Shown: positions 52,301 through 64,000 of the stretch, one piece after another | Position numbering within the stretch: position 1 is the first letter of the stretch | Layout: each line of letters begins with the position of its first letter | From: Chrysomallon squamiferum | Lineage: Eukaryota > Animalia > Mollusca | Assembly: GCA_012295275.1 (NCBI GenBank) | Contig: CM022673.1 | Coordinates: forward strand, 8,494,001-8,558,000 | DNA: 64,000 nucleotides | Reading direction: 5' to 3' | The notes under the pieces: generated by a model | What the model saw: the letters and a program-made list of their open reading frames with translations, nothing else | Database searches by the model: none | Told to the model about the DNA's origin: nothing | Program-made: the position numbers and the translations under genes

Positions 52301-52492
52301 TTACTGGAATAGATTTATAGATTTGTTCCTGTGCAAAATGACGCCATATATTAGATATACATATATTTTTATTTATTTATATATCTAATTTTTCAGTCTG
52401 GTGTGGATATTCCAGGCCTCAACATGGGCAGCTCTGACTATTATCCTTATGTGTACTACCGAATAAATCTGGATCTACTAGACTTTCACTAG
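44497..52492 (+). CDS. ATP6V1C1: V-type proton ATPase V1 subunit C, 384 aa, 12 constitutive coding exons
   Basis: Exons 44497-44631, 45293-45360, 45924-46009, 46520-46614, 46854-46945, 47379-47477, 47644-47712, 48240-48332, 48653-48746, 49234-49331, 49895-50024, 52397-52492 (TAG) total 1155 nt. Motifs [93 protein letters not shown] and DYYPYVYY. Probably the single invertebrate orthologue of C1/C2. Confidence 0.97.
50965..50976 (+). CDS. Candidate 12-nt alternatively spliced microexon of ATP6V1C (Met-Ser-Gln-Phe)
   Basis: tttttatatttcctttctattcag|ATGAGCCAATTT|gtgagt: a strong pyrimidine tract and acceptor plus a consensus donor. It is phase 0-0, matching the phase-0 intron 50025-52396, and has no stop. 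Confidence 0.7.
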
Positions 52493-53712
52493 AACAGTCA
52501 GGATGTTAAAGTAGTTCATATTTGTAGAATGTATTAACTTCTGTCTACAGTTTGTTATCAAGTGCTCTGACTTCAAATAAACCATGTGTTAATTTGTCAA
52601 AATAAAGATGAAATCTGGGGGTATGTTAAAAACAAAATTGTAGTCATTGCAGGATATTCCAGAAACTACTGAGTTAATTTTAAAGAAAGAGGGATAAAAA
52701 GTACAGAAGAAGTTATCTTTGTTTGACAGAGTTATCTACCTTCTCTTTTTCGTAATGGTTTCTCTCTGTTGGAAATTGTCTTGAATCAAAGCCCTAATGG
52801 TTTGAATAATATCTCTAACATTATAATTTATTCTAAGTTATTTGATGCTATTGTTTAAAGAAATGTAATATGAAATGTAAGAAACAATTATAAAATTAAA
52901 CTTTTTGAGGAATATTATATTAATGACTGTTTTGTCAACTTTTTATTATTAAATGAATAGGATCATGTTACAATCTGCTATTGTCTCAAAAATCTTAATT
53001 ACCTTTTAATTCTTTTGAAAAAGAATAAAAAATAAATAAAAATCATAATCATAATCATAGTAACCAACCATGGGAGAAAGTATTGTATATTTAAATTTTT
53101 CATGCTAATCCTTGACTATTAAACATTATTATGTTTGCATTTTTATTGCATTTTTATTGCATTTAATGATGGAAGAAAAAATGTAGCAAGTTCAGAAATA
53201 GATTAAAACTAAGTTCTGGATACTGCAAGACTTGCTCGATTTTCAAGACCAAAATTAAAATCTAAGTTGAAGTATTTTCTAACTTTTGTAACTCAGAATC
53301 AATTTTATATCTCAGTAATTCTCTTTGCTAATTTTTATCACTCTTTAAATAAATTTGAAAGTGCATACATTTGAAATACATTTGTATTTAACTTTTTATG
53401 GTGTGGTAATGTTATCATACAATCTTACACGAGTCAAAGTTAATATTAAATGATTATACTAGGTATTTTGAAAACTCCAGTTGTATCCAATGTCTTACCA
53501 CAGAAATATATTTCATTATGTAGGAACCAGATTTATCAAAATATATACAGTATAAGTATAACATATAGTCTGAATGATGCACAGCATTCAGTTATTTGTA
53601 GGTTGTATTGTGTGCTCTATATAATAGAAATTTATGAACTAGTAAAAAGATATTAACTGGATGTGTATAGTCTGTATTCCAAAAATAATTTGTATTTTTT
53701 GATTCCTGTTTC

Positions 53713-54036
53713 TAGTAAAAAGTAAAGTTAACAATGTGAATGTTTTAGTAGGTATGTAGGTGAAGATAAAATAATTAATCTGATGTGTATTGTACATTCC
53801 CAGTTTAAAATAATAAAACATTTTCACTTGTTTTCATCTGTATTTAATAATCTAGAGTTGTCATGGTGTACATTACAAATTTTAGTGAAAAGGTATGATA
53901 ACACTGAATGTTTTAGCAGGTGTGTAGATGCAGATAAAATAGTTAATCTGATTTGTATTGTACATTTTGTAAAGTAGAAAATAATATTACATTTTCAGTT
54001 GTTTATTTCTGTATCATATAATTCAGAGTTGTCATG
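53713..54036. repeat. Diverged tandem duplication, ~170-bp unit, in the ATP6V1C 3' region
   Basis: tgaatgttttag.aggt.tgtag..agataaaata.ttaatctgat.tgtattgtacatt...acattttca.ttgttt...agagttgtcatg is present twice (taatctga at 53776 and 53944). Confidence 0.85.
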
Positions 54037-54980
54037 TATTACGAATAATTATTATTAATTTTGATGGGTTTTGTTTGTTATTTTTTACTTTTCTATTTTT
54101 TTTTTTTTTTTTTTTATTTAGTTTTTTTTTAAGATAGTCAAAAATTTCCTTTTTTTTATTTGTTTAAATAATATAAGGTGTGATGAAAAGAAGAAGATGA
54201 AGAAGACAAATGTACTATCTTTAAATATGATTTCATTCCATTTAATATTTTACAAAATTTCAATGTGTGATAATGTAACTTTCAAAGGATCTACATCTAA
54301 ACTGTCATATTCCATGTTTGAATAGTTTAAAAGTCATCGGACTGTTAGTTAAAGCAGCATTATTATAAATATTTCTGTTTATATATATATATATATATTT
54401 GTTTTGTTGGTTATTTTTTTCTTTTCAATTTTTTTTTTTTATTTTTCAGTTGTTTTATTTTATTTTATTTTTTTTTTTTTTTGGTTATTTTATATTATTA
54501 TGTTTATTTATTATTTTAAATATATTTATTATTATTTTATGTTTCTCTTTTGAATTTGATTTTATTAATTTTGTTGTTCGATCAATATTCACAGAAAATG
54601 GAATCACTATAAAATATAAAATAGAAAGATGCAAATTTCAACCATTTGATTAAATTGTTTTTTGTTCTTTTGGCACTTGCTCATGGAATTATACCTAAAA
54701 AATGCAATAATATGCCCTAATTCTATTGTAAATTGTAAACCTATGATTTCAGAGCATTGATGCACAATGTATATATAAAGAAAGAGAGAGAAAATGTTAC
54801 ATTAGTAAGTAAAATGTGTGTTTTTGTGCTTTAGATGTCCAAATTCTAGATTCAAATAGTAAATTTTTTTTATATCATTTGTCATTTTTGATACATTAAC
54901 ATTTTATTGGTGCAAGTTAGATTATACATACAAAAAATAAATAAAATAATTTATAATTTATTTATTTATTTATTTATTTA

Positions 54981-55034
<54 letters not shown>

Positions 55035-56644
55035 TAAATTATTTTCTTCAGGGACATTAGTTTATGGCATTATATTCATATACATTACAAAACATAGCAT
55101 TTAGAACCATAATTTGTGGAGATTATAATACTTATCTGTAGATAGTTTAAATAAAACTGAATACCAGGAGTCCATGTGTGTAATAATAGAGAAACAAAAA
55201 TATCCTGTTATATAACAGTTTGTAGATTTTGCAAAATGTTTATTGTCATTTTTGTAAATTATGCACACAGTGTATATGTATATTATGAACATTTTTAGCC
55301 TTCAGAGTATAAAATTGGCTGTGAATTTTTAAGAAATTCTGATATATATTAAAGAAATGGGATGGAAGGGTTAAAATAAACAATGTCAATAGTTCTTGTT
55401 TTATGTTTTAATTCTTAGAAAGATATATGTTAGTGTGATTTATTTGTTTATTTATTTATTTATTTTGCTTATTTACATATTTATTAAATATTCTAAATGT
55501 AAACATGATAGATCAAGTATTTAAAAAGGAGAGTTACTATAACAGAAAATAAAATGAGTTTCGTTACAATAAAGAAAACAACTGGCTAAAGACAAGGGCA
55601 AGAGCTTGGTCCATACATTTTTGTATTGTAACTATACGAATTATGTCTCTAATATTAAACACACAAAAAGTAGCTAAAGTTAGAGCAAAATTAGAAGATT
55701 TTTTAAAGAAATGGCAGAATGGCAGAGGTTAGATACTGGATTGAGAATCTTTGTTTTATTTAGTAAATAATTTAATGATCCTCAAATTTATTTTGCGTAC
55801 TTACGTCTCTGATAAAATTTCTACTGATCAGTAAGAATAGCAAATGGTAAGCATATGGCAGTTTGTTTCACTTGCCAAATATTGTTAATAAATTAGATAA
55901 ATAACTTTTAATATCTTAACATAAAAATGGGTCAAAATATATTAAATATTTAATTATTCTAACATCGGTTAAAAAATTAATTGATTGATGTATATGGAAT
56001 TTCCCTTGTTTCTATTCAGAGCAACTAAAATGACAAACACAAAAACAAAATTATTTATTGTTTATGAATGAACTGAGTACAGCAAAACATTTTTCTTGCA
56101 ACAAACACAATCAAAATAATACGAAATTAATTATTTGCCTGTGATAAAATAATTAACAAACTGAAATATATTTTAAGTATAAACCAGTGAAAATCTCGCA
56201 CCTGTTTTAATAAATCCAAATAAATCACTACAGACGTTAACAGTAATAATGGTTTTTAATAACAACACTGGTAAGTTAAACAGAAGTGAAAAGGCAAAAT
56301 CTATTTATTAAATGCTAAAAGAAACAAACAGCAATAGAGATATAATCTGTAATATTAACAACAATCTAAAAGAAAAAATATGGGCGTCTGCAGGGTGTCA
56401 ACAGGCAATCTCCCTCCTGGATAGTGAGCACATAGTTTTTTTCTTTATGTATATTATCTAGTGTTGTTAAACAAGTATTCATAAGTGTCTCATGATCATC
56501 ATTCAGATATTAATTTTATTATGAAGTAAATTTTCTGCAGACGCCCATGAAGACAAAAAAAAAAATTAATAAAATAAAATAAATAAATAATAGTAATAAT
56601 AATAATAATATTAAAACAACAACAACAAAATAATAATAATAATA

Positions 56645-56690
<46 letters not shown>

Positions 56691-56966
56691 CCCCACAAAA
56701 ACAAACCACATTTGTGCAAATAATGCAGTGCCATTACGTTTAACATTTCTGTAATATACAACCACAGCAGTTTTTAACTGAACCCAGTCTTTTGCATAGG
56801 ATGATTTTTACAATTTTCCTAACTTTAAAACTAAAACAGTTACCTTCTTATTACTGTTGTTATAGATAGATAATGGTTCTTTGATCAGTGAAGATATCCC
56901 GGCGGCATGTTTAGTAAAAACAGTTTTTAAATGCCATTAATGTTTTTTGAATAGCAGTTAATGACA

Positions 56967-57027
<61 letters not shown>

Positions 57028-57031
57028 TATT

Positions 57032-57063
<32 letters not shown>

Positions 57064-57254
57064 TTTTGTGGAAATATGTTTTTTAGTGTCATTGCTACAC
57101 AGATACTGTCAAGATTATACGTGTATTATAATAGTAATAATAATAATAATGGTGGTCATTTAAAAACATGGCCATAACCTACACAGTTCTTTATTCATAT
57201 ACAATCATGCATATGAATAGTCTGCACGTGCTATTCATATAGATAGATACATAC

Positions 57255-57301
<47 letters not shown>

Positions 57302-57465
57302 TAACGTGTGCAGATTATCAGTAATACTAAATCTTTCACTGCAATGAATCATGTAAGCAACAGCTTTGAATTTTTTTAACCTAGACACTGATTCATGTTT
57401 TAAGGATGCAGAGGATACAGTCATGAATAAAAGACAGCCACAGATAAACAAATAAATTAAATCAA

Positions 57466-57516
<51 letters not shown>

Positions 57517-57678
57517 ACTTCAATTCGAAGGCAATTGTGAAAGTTGTTCTTTGAAAATTTTCATCAATTAAATAAATACACATATTTTTTTTTCTCCCGA
57601 ATCTGAAGTCCCATCCACTGATCTTGCACGAATTAACGCATGTTCTCTAACAGTACAATTAACTGTATGAAGGGTGTG

Positions 57679-63516
<5,838 letters not shown>

Positions 63517-64000
63517 CTAAAAAAAAAAAAAAGTTGTTAGATTAAATTACTATAATTATAGTAACAATTTGTGCTGGTTTATAATATTTAAACTGATGAA
63601 AAAATTATTTTTAATTATGTTTTTTGCTTGAAATCTAAATGATCAAAAATTTAGAATTTTCCTTTACATCCGTTGACTTTTGATTAGAGACAAAAAAGCA
63701 TTAATTAATAAAACAAAGAACAATGTAGATTTCAGATTTACGAGTTTATTATATTTACTTTAGAAGTTCGCTGATCAGTATGTTAATGGTGTTTTGTCGA
63801 AATACATTATAAAGTTTATCTTCTACCTTCATTATGAGAAAAAATCGTACGACTTAAGGTATAAGGCGTAAATTCCGACTGTTCACTGAATAAAACTAAT
63901 TTCATTAATTCAGTTATTTGCATCATTGCAGTCATTATCTTATCATTATCATCATCATTGGATCGTTCTTATTATATCGTGTTGTTTTTAAAACTTTTTC

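Overview
AT-rich, microsatellite-dense eukaryotic genomic DNA with GT-AG spliceosomal introns. It is an invertebrate animal, plausibly a mollusc/lophotrochozoan (inference only). Almost all ORF-track entries are simple-repeat artefacts, so real genes were rebuilt by hand from splice sites and reading frame. Five protein-coding genes: (1) PSME3/PA28-gamma, + strand, first coding exon upstream of the window, stop at 5608; (2) a VOPP1/WBP1-family single-pass PPxY protein, - strand, 13224->9116, 177 aa; (3) TMEM198, + strand, CDS 30956-33450, 335 aa, behind a ~16 kb 5' non-coding region; (4) V-ATPase subunit C (ATP6V1C), + strand, CDS 44497-52492, 384 aa; (5) an uncharacterised, probably secreted, basic protein with two tandem 4-Cys CxFxxxLx(G/D)xW modules, - strand, 63516->57679, first exon beyond the window end. 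Most notable observations: a 12-nt in-frame microexon in ATP6V1C; an 81-codon open frame after the TMEM198 TGA (readthrough candidate) and two in-frame uORFs before its ATG; the exon-module duplication of gene 5; an old ~2 kb-period intergenic duplication retaining splice-like signals; CLEAR/M-box elements at the ATP6V1C and VOPP1-like promoters; and a recurrent 15-bp motif. No rRNA, tRNA, CRISPR or intact transposon was recognised. I cannot claim a demonstrably new biological system; the findings are candidates to test.
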